Positions 39,380 to 52,516 of a stretch of 64,000 nt of DNA are shown here, piece after piece; the first letter of the stretch is position 1; the number at the start of each line of letters is the position of its first letter. Made by a program: the position numbers and the translations under genes. Origin of the DNA: Octopus sinensis (Eukaryota); the NCBI RefSeq assembly GCF_006345805.1, contig NC_043004.1:87544001-87608000 (forward strand), written 5' to 3'. A model generated the notes under the pieces. It ran no database searches, was not told where the DNA came from, and saw only the letters and a list, made by a program, of their open reading frames with translations.

Positions 39380-39720
39380 TTCGGCCATAGTGTTTAAGAA
39401 TACCTTTTGGTATTGTCTCTAAAGCTTCAATGATCACAGGTACAGTTGTTGTTCTCAGATGCTACATTTGAGCCTTCTATTTCAAGGTCCTTATCTTTAC
39501 TTAACTTTACAAATGTTTTTACAGAAGTATTGCAGTCTGCTGGGATTGACATATCTATGAGCAGACATATTTTGTCAATGTGATTTCTTACCACAATATC
39601 TGGTCTACTGGCCTAAATAGCATGATAAGTATGGATATTAAAGTCCCAAAGAACAGTGATATCTATTTTTTTTACTCCTCTGGCAGGCTAATATTCCCAC
39701 CAGTTCTTTTTCTAAAATTT
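39380..39720 (-). pseudogene. R2-group (R4/Dong-like) non-LTR retrotransposon restriction-like endonuclease fragment
   Basis: The minus strand reads NWWEY*P / ITVLWDFNIHTYHAI*ASRPDIVVRNHIDKICLLIDMSIPADCNTSVKTFVKLSKDKDLEIE, matching the LWDF..QTD...ANRPDIVV...LIDMAIP...K..KY.DL PD-(D/E)xK motif. Confidence 0.75.
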
Positions 39721-42094
39721 GTTTTCTATAAAAGATTTATAGTAAAATAAAATTACAAGCATAAAAAATAAAAAACAACAACAATAGACAACATTGTTTA
39801 TTTCTTTTGTCTGTTGTTGATCATGTTATGCTGTATTCTTTTAAGTTGGTTACATGATACAGTGTATTGTCTGCTGATAGCTTATTCCCCACTCTCTCAC
39901 TGGATATATTTCTCACCCTTTTCATACAGCTACTCCTTGCATTTCTTCATTTTCTCTACTTTACCTCCAATTTATTTTCTAAACTCATAAATGCACACAT
40001 CCACCCCATCCAACACAAATTCATAATTCAATTGACTCAGGTAACAGAGCATTAATACATATTCTACATTATTTTGATGGCCCCATCTCTGTCATCAAAA
40101 TAATACAGAATACTTCAAAACTGGTTAGAACTGGTAAATGAGATAAAACGAAAATTTTGTTTTGTTGGTTACACATAATGTCTGCCATAACCATTTGGTC
40201 AAGTGATATAATGTGTCAGCTGCTCAGTTTACCACTCATGGGGGAGTATGTCTACCGTTTTCCCTCTCTCTTTCTTTAAGTTAGTAGCAGCGTCTAGTCT
40301 TTCTATCTATCTTTGTCTGTTTCTCTCTCTCTCCTTTTGTTAGTAGCAGCATATTATATCCTTTTCTTTCTCCCCCTCTATCAGAGAGTAAATTCAGTTA
40401 TCACCCTCTCTCTCACTAACTGTTTCTCCCCCTTTCTCTATGGCAGTAGCAGCATCTCTCTCTCTCTCTCGAAGTGTGTGTTCAGTTATCACTCCTAACC
40501 ATCCTTCATACCTTCTCTCTGTCTTCTAATCCTAGACATACACACACACAATTTCATGAGATGGCATAAAATTTATCACATTACTACACACCCCTTTCAT
40601 CAACAGACTAACATTTCTTTCTTCTCACCCAATATTTAAAATATATTTAATGTAGAACCGATATCAAAATGTAATTAGCATCATCATGTATCATAAAAAA
40701 ATGTAAGTAGCAAACAAACAATATCTTGGTTATATGATATGTTGACTGCTCAGTATGTCCATAACATGTCCTTCCTCTTTACCTCTTTATCTCTGTTTCC
40801 CACCTGTAACAAAATATATTTTGTCACTGTTGCTTTACTTGTTTTGCAATAATTCCTTTCAGCTGCATCAAACACCTCTTTCTTTACTCTCTTTCAGCTC
40901 CTGAACACACACACACACACACATGCAATAATATAAAACTTTTGAAAATAGCTAGAATAAAGACAATTTCAGAAAGGAAAAAAAAAAAACTGTTAAAGAA
41001 CATGAAAATAATGTGATTTGATTAACACTAAGAAGGATCCTACTTCAAGACTTGAAAAATTAGAGAAAGTAAAGATACTTTAATAAAATAACACCAGAAT
41101 TATATCAAATAAAAGAAACTGTCAATCATTAATTTATACTCAATACTGGCAACCAGGAACCATACGTGTTCAATATGTACTTCACATAATCTATTCTTAT
41201 TTTCACCTAAAATATTTTCTTTTGTTTTCTTTTCCTGTGGTAATTAATAGTAAGTAACAGTGAATGAAGTCCATTTCAAACAATTATTAGAAAGGAGTCT
41301 AGCAATCAAATGGTTTTGAGTTCAGTCCCACAGCAGGGCACTTGGGGCAAGTGTCTTCTACTATAAACCCAGGCTGAGTGATGCCTTGTAGGTCAATTTG
41401 GACAATAAAAACTGCATGAAGGACGGTTTCTCTTCTCCTCTCCTCCTTACCATATGATCAGTGCAATGCAAGCTTTACCAACCAGTCTATTTCCTTTTCC
41501 CCCCATTTTTATTTCTTCCAGACTAATTACATACAGTGATCTACAACTAAGATTTCAAGCAATAGAGACTGATTAAAAGTTCCATCCTTCTTCCAGGCCC
41601 TAATTATTATATGCAGTGTTCTACAACTGAAATTCCAAAGCATCAAAACTGATTAAAAGTCCCAAAAGGAAGATACCTCAGCAAACCTTAGTGATGGAAG
41701 TTTGTCAAGGAGAGCAGTAATGCCAATTAAATTACTTACATAGGAGAAACGTGGACTCTGAAATCTGTAGTGAAAGCAACACTTTAGTCATGGCAAACAA
41801 TCTCATTATCGTTGGTGACATGAAAATGCACCTAGTCTACACTGTGAGGTGATTGGTAATATGAAGGGCATCTGGCCAGTAAAACAATCCTAAACTCATG
41901 CAAAGCTACAACCCACTGGTAAACCTTGTGTATACAAAGCTAACACTCACTAAGATAGTGCTGTGCACCATTGTGGATGGTTAGCTGTAAACATCTGGTT
42001 GTATGCAAGAGGCCCTCAACTTCCGTTAAGCAATTGCACATTCCTGTTTGAATGCAAGAAAGAGGCTTCAAACATCAATTCTTTCACTATAGCT

Positions 42095-43320
42095 GCAACT
42101 ATTAAAGCTGGTATGAAAGGTAACATATGAAATTATAGAGATGCTAGAGTAGAGGCAAGTATATGTATGCTGTGGGCAAGAAGTAAGATGGAGGGAAGAC
42201 TCAGCTATACTCCTCATAGGTAAACAACACAAGTACAAATTCTTCTGGGTAGGTAATGATCCTGGTTTAGGTAGGTAGAAAGTGGGTAGATAATGTAATT
42301 GAGGTAATCAGAGTTATGTGACAGGATAATTAAACATAGACTAGCTGTAGACAAAGCAAAGGCAATTACCATCACAACTGAAACTAACTGAAGAGCCAAA
42401 GAGTTGCTTCTGTAAGCGTCTCTCTAGAACCACCTTAGTAACAAATGACAGTAACATCATTATCTTGGTTGGTGACTTCAATGAACATACCAGGTAGCAC
42501 AGTGAAAGCTACTCTGGAGTACATGGTGGTTATGGATATGATTGTTGTAATGAAAAGGGTTCAAGTTTTCTAGAGTTCTGTAATGTAAATAAACTATCCA
42601 CAGAATAAACCTCAGGAAACCAACAAACCACTTGATCACCTTCCAACTGAGTAAACATGCAAGCCAGATAAATTTTATTTTCATTAGGAAACAGGATAGA
42701 TTAATTTTTGTAAATACTAAGTCTTCCTTTAGTAAATAATGTACCACCCAACATAGGCTGCTGATTAGGACTTCACAATAAGAGTTTAATGGACTGCAAC
42801 TAAAGACAGTCTAGAGAAGGAAGGTGTAGAAACTAAAATATACTCTTGCTAAATATATGTAAAGAGTAATTTTAGATAACCCAAAGGATGAAAAGGAGGA
42901 GACAGGGACCTATAATAGTTGACAACTGGTAGTTTCTTTGGGATAACCTACTAAAAACTACCAACCAGATCTGTGGCTAGAGCAAGGTACCAGCTAGATA
43001 AAAAGTAACATGATGGTGAAATACTGCCACGAATAGAAGCATAAAGGCTAAAAGACATGCCTGGAAAGACTGGAAGAAAGGAGATGGCAAAGAGCAATAC
43101 ATCATTAACAGAAAATCCAGTTGACAAGTGTATATAATGTGAAGAGAAGTTGAAGAAGGATTGCCAGTGTTCAATCCTTCTTCAGCTGGATTGAATACTG
43201 GGATTTTTGGTGGGAAGGATCAAATGTGTAAGGTTTCTGGTAGTGCATGAAACTGGACCAAAATGTTGGGAAAAAGTGTTTGTTTTCAGAACAACAGTGA
43301 TGATGGCATGGAGATGTTAC
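42095..43320 (+). pseudogene. RTE LINE ORF N-terminus (APE endonuclease), heavily decayed
   Basis: EIIEMLE*RQVYVCCGQEVRWR; KYKFFWVGND; IILVGDFNEH; GVHGGYGY..NEKG..FLEFC; RKPTNHLITF; SQINFIF; TQHRLL. Confidence 0.8.
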
Positions 43321-44079
43321 TACAAGAGACAGCCATATACATATATACATATATGTGTATGTATGTACATGTATATGTATTTATATACACACATGCATAT
43401 ACATGCACACAAAGTTGAATGTCAAAAACAAAAGGAAAGGCTATATATGTATATCATAATCTATCAAAGTGTTTCATAAAATTCTTTAAAAAGATAATCT
43501 ATCATGATTGCATCATATTTTCTATAGTAGAAGATTTTGTAGAGTCATTTATGTCAGTTATCGATGCCACTTTGAATCTCAAGAAAGCTTGTTCAGCATG
43601 AAATACCACCAACAGTTAATTGTTAGTAACTCTGATTTCGTTGTTTCATTGATTTTTGGATTCACTTCTGGCACTTACTAAGAAATTCTGATCTACTAGG
43701 GAAAGTTTATACTTGCACACATGTAGATTCTCATATTTTATCTTACATTTACTAGTCAGTAGATATTGGTTGTTTTGTCCCAATTTTGTATGGTTTTGTT
43801 CTGAGAATTACATTAGGAGCTAGCTTTGCAAAGGAATTTAATAATCAACACTTGAAAGCAACTGAGTAGGTCTATTTTGTCAGAAATTTTAAAAAGTATA
43901 TAGATATATATATAAAAAAAAACCTACTGTTGTTTTTCTCTACATGCAGTTAAAAATAACCTGTAATGTAAGTCTACTGTTTCAAATACTGACATTCTAT
44001 TATTCAAAGTCTAGGGAATACTCATTTGATGTTGCATAATTGTGCTGAAGAGTAATTATAAAACAAAAAACTTTGACTT

Positions 44080-45230
44080 CCATTCTCTAGTATCGGCTAA
44101 TAATCCAAATGTGTTTTTTTTTAATGAATTTAACAACTAAACAGATTAATCACAATACAGTTAAAATTAATAATCAACAAAATAGTGAAAAAGTTTACAA
44201 GTTATTGGGAGAGATTTATCGAATGATTCTCCCCCTCTACAGAAATCCTGTATTCCACTCTTGAATATAAGATCCACAAAATTATTCCCCTTTTACATCT
44301 TACAACTTCATTATTTTATCACTGTGTCAATGAAATCTCTTATGGTGAAATACTAACTGAATATAGTTAGAGGTACCCCCTAAAGAAAGTGATGTAACAA
44401 ATAAATTATTTTAGTTATGATAACACTTAAATGCAATATAGTAAATTTTCTGCATCCTCTATATATGATTAAACAAGATTTTTTAATGAAGTTTTCTTGC
44501 ACTTAAGCCAAGTAGATAAATAAGCAAGATGAAGTCATAGATGAAGAAATGTCAGAAATCTACTGCAAATTTTTTAATTAATGCTTGAATTTTTCAAAAG
44601 TACTTAAAAGAGGTACAAAGTTATATATGGGCACTTAAAGATAGTAACAAAGTATTTTCAGTTGCTTGGGAAATTATTAGTAAAGCAAAACCTTGTAGAA
44701 TAGGCAATAACAGATGTAACCTTTGTGTGGAGGAAATGTACTAGATTTTCTTTTCTAAATATACAGGGTGTCCCAAAAGTCATTGATGGGTTTCAATTTT
44801 TAATAACTTCCTTAACTTTACAGATAAATGCATGAAATTTTGATACAATATAAAGGACATAATGGAAATTAATATGCACAAGTCAAATTTTGCAACACTA
44901 CTACATCACATGAAAAATGATATCAATTAAATGGCAGCCATTTTCAGCTTTGCATGCCCGTGCTCTTTCCAAAACTTGCACCATAACACCCTCAAGAGTT
45001 TCAGACCCCACTTCTCTGATTTCTCTATTGATGTTCTTCAGTTGTGCCAGGGTCTCTGGTTTGTTGACGTAAACCCTCTCTTTCAAGAAAAAATCTGGGA
45101 ACTTTACTGTTATAAACACTAGACAGGCACAGGCTATGAGATGTCCACATTGGATTAAATATACATTTAAACGATTTAAAGAAACAAATTACTATCTATA
45201 GTAATTATACTTATTAACATAATGATTGCA
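44080..45230 (+). mobile_element. Penelope-like element C-terminal remnant, interrupted by a Tc1/mariner fragment
   Basis: HNTVKI (about 44150); SYIWALKDSNKVFSVAWEIISKAKPCRIGNNRCNLCVEEMY (about 44620-44745) matches the PLE motif LSKYIW.LK....I.W.I...A..Y....KRCNLCL.EK downstream of GIY-YIG; RNKLLYSNY after the insertion may be the terminus. Confidence 0.65.
44764..45160 (-). mobile_element. Tc1/mariner-superfamily (maT/rosa-like) right end with transposase C-terminus
   Basis: TA followed by TIR 'cagggtgtcccaaaag' at 44764; ORF 44901-45119 PDFFLKERVYVNKPETLAQLKN...ENGCHLIDIIFH. The second TIR was not found. Confidence 0.75.
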
Positions 45231-48169
45231 ATAATTAATGATATTTTTGCAAATAATACTAAAATAATTTTAGTAATAATAAAAATAATAATATTAATTG
45301 AGGGTATAAACCCAGACATAAGTGAATTACCTCTGAATAAATAATATACTCCATACAGTAAAATGTAAACAAAAGTGCTACAATCGATTGTAATATGAAT
45401 GAACATTTTATAAACCATAATTTAACTGTAATACCAATAGAGGTGATTATAAGACTAGAATTCAATTTGATTTAAAAAGTAACGCTATAACCTTTAACTG
45501 AATACCAATACAGGAAGCTTGTTTGAAATAGCTCACTTTGAAAACATTGTAAGTGATGGACCCTTGATGAAATTGTAGCAACTAGGATGCATAATTGCAT
45601 ACAGAGCAATGTGTAGTTGCTGCAATTGAAACATATGTTGGTCATTGTTATATATGCTGTAGAAAACCTTTTTAATAAAAAGTTTTGGATGTGAATAAAT
45701 TTTCATTCTCCTCTTTGTTTTCAATTGTATACTATTTGGAATATTTGTATTTCTGAACAGGAACAAGGAAACAAGGAACTACCGAACAAGTGGAGCTTAC
45801 AAGTACCAATATCTGTTTATACTTGAGTACTATGTAATTTGAATGTTGTGGATAGCCTACATCTATACCATTTTATGAGATAATTCCATACCCACCAGGA
45901 TAATTTATCCTTTATATATATATATATTCGGTGTGTGGTGAGGCAAATCGTTGCTAAACCCTCAATTACTTAGTATTACTATATATATATATATATATAT
46001 ATAAAATGCAAATGAACTTATCCTGTTTTTTTTTTTGCATTTTGTTCTTATATATGTTTTTACAATCAGTTTAATTCAAAGCTGAAACTTTTGTTCATTT
46101 ACAATTAACTAATGAAACTGACACTAATTTTAAAGATCAATACTACAAGATTATTACTTACCCAAAATTGTTAAACAAAGTAGCCTAGATTACATAAAAC
46201 TATTTAATTTATTTGATAAATTGAGCCCTAACTTCTTAATCTGGTATTGAGAACATAAAGTAACAACAGATTTGTTTGGATAATGAGCAAAATTTATAAT
46301 TGATTTTATATTATATATGTTTTGTAAATTAAACTAACTTGATAAATCTTGAATACTAAACATTCATTAAATGAAAATGGTAAATTCTTCAAAGTCAAAC
46401 AACAAATATTGTACAGAGAAAACACAAGTGATATAACTCATAACACTTGTAAACATGAGAAGTACAAAATCTATAAAATATAAGCAGAAAATTTTGGTTG
46501 TCAATTTATGATTCCAGATATTTCCTACTTGTTCTTTATTTTACCTTTAAAATTCATTGAAAGAGTAGGAAGATTAATCTATTTCAGCTGAAGAAGTGTG
46601 AGTAAATAGAGAGGCAAGAAGGGACTACAGACATCAGAGGTGTTGTTTCATAACTCTTTTGTTACCATTCTGTCCCAAACTCAAACAACTCTACTACGTT
46701 GCTGCCCATGGTGGTAGTGGTGGTGTCACCATCACCATTTTAGCTTGCTTTTTCATGCTGACATAGACTGGATGGAGCTCACAGTGTCTCATTGTTTGTT
46801 GCACCAACTATGTTTTTGTTTACTTCTGCATGGTTTTTAAGTATGAATGCCACTTCTGTCACTAGCCACTCTATATCATAAGCTGGTGGATTTAATTATG
46901 CACCAGCACTAGAGAGGTCGTCTGTAGAACGACTAAAGTATCTCCCTTCCTTATTCAGACTTGCCCCACTATTAAACAAGTAGCCTGCAATCTGGTTTGC
47001 AGAGTTCACATCTTTTTATATATTCCATATTTGGCACAGGTTCCATGGTAGGTGGATGTTGTCAAAAAGTTAGATTATAGATAAGTGGTGGAGGGGCAGT
47101 GGAGGTGGTGAGCATATTGACTTGAGCAAAGTAATATTGCTAAAGTCCTTTCTGCAGAAGTCCTTATTAAAGGCCATCAAGCAGTGTTGAAATTTACAGA
47201 ATTTACAATAAATATTACAAAACAATACTGACTAAACAATTGGCTTAGTTTTATAACAATAGTTTGCCTGCAGCTCTGCACATGTTTACTGTGCAATTAT
47301 TAAAAGTTTACAGAAATTAAATTAAACAGTACTCCTTAATAATTAATAATATTAAAATGTATACATTTATTACAAAACTTTTTTTTTTTGTGGGTTGATC
47401 ATTTTTATCTTATTTCATTTCAATAATTAGAACTTTGTTTTATTAATGAATGGAGAATATGATCAAATTTTGAGAAGTGATATTTTTATTCTTCTTTATT
47501 TTCTTTTTAGAATTATTTTGAAATGAGTTTATGAAAAACTAAACATCAAATATATCATATTTCAAACAGAAATAACACAGCATACATTGTATGCTAACTT
47601 TAATGCCTGGTTTTCGAGTAATAAATATCTCTGTTTATAGCATTTTATTTTATTGTTATTCATTGTAAATCAATATAATTTGCCATCAATCAATTTGTGA
47701 CAAATCAATCTAGTTCATGAATACAGAATGCTTATTACTAAATGACTGTATTGAAAGTTACTAGCAATACATAACCTCATGCTAGAAATGAACAGAACTC
47801 AGAAACATATTCCAATGGGAACATGACAATATAGTAGTCTCCTTTAACAGCAATAAAGCACAATTGCTACATACATGAAGTAAATAATCTTACATCAGAC
47901 ATCCCTCTCTGCACATAACATATGACTAAGGCCCTCAAAGTTTCTATAAACAGTTATTTCCTATGGTAACCTGACATGTATATAATGTTTAAAAACCAGA
48001 ACACAATGATTATGCTTTCTCTATCAAGCAAAAAAATATTTTAGTTCTGATCGGTTGCTAACTCTCCACAAAGCTCATCTAAGATCCACATTGAAGTACT
48101 GCTTGCACATTGGGATTTTGCTGCTTTGTATATATAAACATCAAAGACTGCACCTGAAAAAGGGTCATA

Positions 48170-48545
48170 TAACTCATCATCATTAGAATCATTATTTTAG
48201 CATCAACTTTTCCATGCTTGCATGGATCAAATGAAAATACGTTAGAGTTTTTTGTAGTTGTATACCCTTCTTGACACCAAACCCCAATTGTGTGGTAATT
48301 ATCTTCCACTCTACTGGTCTATCAAACAACAAACAGCCCAGACATGCTTAAGTAAAGAACTGGAAACAAATGCTCCCACGTGAATGAGCCTTTTGTTAAC
48401 AAAGAATGCATATGTCAAGAGAAGCTATGAGGCCTAGACATGTTTTTGCAATGGACTGGAAGCAAATAGCACCATTACTTCAGCTATTGTTTACAATCAG
48501 TAAACAAACATGTCGACAAGGAAATACAAACTCACTCACACATGC
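48170..48545 (-). mobile_element. RTE-tail SINE/LINE remnant
   Basis: 'tcatcatcatt...caacttttccatgcttgcatgg...tacccttcttgacacc', similar to 9295-9500. Confidence 0.55.
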
Positions 48546-48679
48546 ACACTGACTGGCTGACAAAAAAGCCATTCACCTATACACTATCACTGGCTGAAAC
48601 ACTTTATCATCTACAACAGTTTCTTGTTTGAGTTAGAAAATTATGTACTACCTTTCTCCTGCAATATATCTGTGTCTCT

Positions 48680-49093
48680 AAGGTGGTGAGTTGGCAACAT
48701 CGTTAGCACGCTGGGTAAAATGCTTAGCAGTATTTCGTCTGCTGTTATGTTCTGAGTTGAAATTCCGCCGAGGTCAACTTTGCCTTTCATCCTTTCGGGG
48801 TCGATTAAATAAATACCAGTTACACACTGGGGTCGATATAATCGACTTAATCCGTTTGTCTGTCCTTGTTTATCCTCTCTGTGTTTAGCCCCTTGTGGGT
48901 AGTAAAGAAATAGGTATTTTGTCTGGCTTTACATTTTGAGTTCAAATTCCACCAAGGTTGACTTTGCCTTTCATCCTTTCAGGTGGGGGGTGGGGGAATC
49001 GATAAATTAAGTACTAGTTGCATACTGGGGTCGATCTAATTGACTGGTCCCCTCTCCCAAAATTTTGGGTCTTGTGCTTAGAGTAGAAAAGAA
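48680..49093 (+). mobile_element. Dimeric SINE family B
   Basis: Two consecutive monomers, each with 'gagtt(c/g)aaattcc.ccgagg..gactttgcctttcatcctttc'; the second begins at about 48912. Confidence 0.88.
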
Positions 49094-50080
49094 TACATGT
49101 GTGTGTGTGTGTCTCTCTCTCTCTTTTGCTCTCTAGTCATTCCTATTATGTCTCAATCCCAGCCCCACATTAAACAATTTGTCCAGTCATATAACCTCAG
49201 AGTTGCAGCCCTCAAGAATTCCTTCTCTACTTGTGTGTTTTCTTCACAGGCTTTGATCTACAGAAGTTAAAACTGATTACCAAATGTTTCAATCCTGCCA
49301 GTTTGAAGGGTCAACATAAGTCACAGTTATTGCCTGTTCTCCTCCAATTATACATAAAAAGAGAGAATAAATATACCTGACTAAATATATCTGATGACAC
49401 ACAGTGACATTAAAGTGACAAAAGACCGTGAAAAAAAAAAGAAAAAAAGAATGATGTCAACTGTACAGTGCATTCTGTTCCAGAGTTAACACCACCACCA
49501 TACATCAAGAGAACAGAAAATTACAATTATGAATTATGCACTTTGCATTCTTGTTCATTTACTGAATGTTATTACTACATTCGATGGACTAAGAGGCATA
49601 AATGCACATATAAGTGGCTCCATTGTATTTCAGCAAACAGACATAACAGAGTATTCAGAAAGTTTTCATGCAATTAAATCATGTTTATTGAAATGTTTAA
49701 TAATAATAACAGAAAAAGCTCTAATAATTCCTTTGTTAAGTATCACTAATATTAATGATGGTGTTAGAATGAATAACAATACAATATGGTGTTTAGTTAG
49801 AGTACTGAATCTTAGAGTATACATTAGCTTACAGAAGGCTTTAGTTTCATATCTAAAAACACAATCACAATGTTTTAGGGGAAATTCTCTCCTATGTCAT
49901 CGAATATTGTATTTCTCACTCAGTAGTTAAACTAGAAGTATAAATATTGTAAAAGGAAATACAATTAATATGCTAACATACAAATTTACTGAAAATAATA
50001 TGTTATTATTAATAACTTTCATATGCAATTTTTGTCTTGGAAATATTTTTTAATTGTGCTTCTTTTATATATATATATAT

Positions 50081-50444
50081 ATAGCAGAAGTTGTCTGTGT
50101 ATGGCAGGTTTGGTAGCCTTCAACTAACACTAACCCCTCCGAGACCCTGCAATGCAAGTTGACCAAAATTGAGAGTATGATAGAAGGCTTGCTCTTCCTT
50201 CCGTAGAAGAAAACATTCAAATCGGACCATGTTAACACCAAAAATTATTTACATCAAAAAGGTGCTTTTTTTCTATGAAAATCGCTATTTTTTACTGCTG
50301 TGTCATCATTTTTCAGTATATTTCAACCAGAAAAATGTTCACTTAAAGAGAATAACAAGCTACATGATGCAAAACTTTTACTTTTCAAAAATTCCAATTC
50401 TAAAGGGTCAAACCAAACCTGAGCAATGCTGGGCGATATTGCTA

Positions 50445-50446
<2 letters not shown>
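50081..50446 (-). mobile_element. HINE/Lep1-like rolling-circle-derived non-autonomous element
   Basis: The minus strand starts 'actagcaatatcgcccagcattgctcagg' (ACTAGC plus a hairpin) and ends 'acagacaacttctgctatatatat'; bounded by (TA)n. Confidence 0.55.
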
Positions 50447-50485
<39 letters not shown>

Positions 50486-50568
50486 GGTCCCGGGTTGATT
50501 CGGGGTTAACCACAGTAAGTAAGGTACTCAATACATAGCAGAGTAAAATTAATTTATTATATAGAAGG

Positions 50569-50619
50569 AGCTTCTACAGGACTAGTACTGTTTCATTCAA
50601 GAGAAATCTTCAGGAAGCT
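50569..50619 (-). ncRNA. Type I hammerhead ribozyme motif (Penelope/retrozyme-like)
   Basis: Minus strand AGCUUC-CUGAAGA-UUUC(UCUU)GAAU-GAA-ACAG(UACUAGUC)CUGU-A^GAAGCU: 6-bp stem I, intact CUGANGA and GAAA core, 4-bp stem III, GUA cleavage triplet. Stem II has a U.U pair at 10.1/11.1. Confidence 0.8.
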
Positions 50620-50859
50620 ATTTAACAAGAATTGTATTAGCATTTATACATTTAGGTAGGTTTAAAGGAGTGGTGGTGGGGGACTTTTTGGGGGTAGGCA
50701 TAGCGCAAAATATCATACTTGGGGGAGTGGTCAAGGAGTCAGTGGTAAGTTAGATGAAAGAATAGATAAATAAAAAAAAAAAAAAAATAAAAAAATAAAA
50801 AAAAAAATAATAAGAAAATAAAAAAATAAAAAAATAAAAAAATAAAATGCACACACAAC

Positions 50860-51377
50860 ACACCTAGTTCCCTATATACACATATTTACACCTATATATA
50901 CACATACACCCACATACGCATATGTACATACATATACATACATATATATACATATACACGCATACATATATATACATGTGTGCACATACATACACACACA
51001 TACATACACATACACATGTGTACCTATACATACCTACACACACACACATACATACATACATATATATATATATATACAATCCAATACAGGCCCATTCCCT
51101 AATTTTAATTTTATTGTCTTCATTTATTACTTTTGTTATCTTGGCTATGGCAGCATGTCCATTTGTCTGTCTACTAGAAGGCAAGTACTCATTCCCGCAC
51201 GCACACTCGTTAGCACGTACATTCACCCATTCGTACACTCATACACATACACGTACGCACGCGTTATATTCATACATACAAATATCTACATACGTTCACG
51301 TATATACACATACGTACTCGTACCTACAGATTCGTGTCTACACTTTAGGAGGCTAGTCTATACATATACACCAATAA

Positions 51378-51414
<37 letters not shown>

Positions 51415-51503
51415 TATACATACACACACACACATATATATACTCCTACATACAGATACATACCTATATATATATATATATATACATACATACACATACA
51501 CAC

Positions 51504-51536
<33 letters not shown>

Positions 51537-51601
51537 TATACATACATACATATATATATACATACATACACTAACACACACACACATACACACACATACA
51601 T

Positions 51602-51636
<35 letters not shown>

Positions 51637-51756
51637 CACAAACATATATACACACATATATATATACATACACACATACACACATACATACGTATACATA
51701 CATACATACATCCATACATCCATACTTACATGCATTTATACGCATACACACACCCA

Positions 51757-51807
<51 letters not shown>

Positions 51808-52106
51808 TCACACATACATATACAAATATACGCACACACATACATACATACACGTATACACATACACGCACATACACATATACATGCGTACCCATACACG
51901 TGCACACACACACACGCATCCAATATATACACACACACTTATATATACACGTGTGCAAGCATACATACATACTCATACGCGCACACATACTTACATATAC
52001 ATATATGCACACACTTACACACATATATATACATACACATATACATGCATACATACATATATGCCTACATACACACACGCACTCATATATATATATATAT
52101 ACATAC

Positions 52107-52151
<45 letters not shown>

Positions 52152-52320
52152 CATACATACACATACATATACATACACATATACATATACATACACATAC
52201 ACATACATACATATATATACACATATATACACATATACACATACATATATACACATATACATACATATACATACCCACACACATACATATATACATATAC
52301 ACTGATACACATATCCATAC

Positions 52321-52358
<38 letters not shown>

Positions 52359-52449
52359 TCATGCATATACTTATATCTCTACATACTCACATATATAAAC
52401 ATATATACATATACACACATATATATATATACACGTACATACACATACG

Positions 52450-52516
<67 letters not shown>

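Noticed and set aside
45320-45360. Possible decayed hammerhead downstream of the PLE remnant ('cctctgaataaataatatactcc')
   Set aside because: The CUGANGA core is broken and there is no GAAAC; not supportable.
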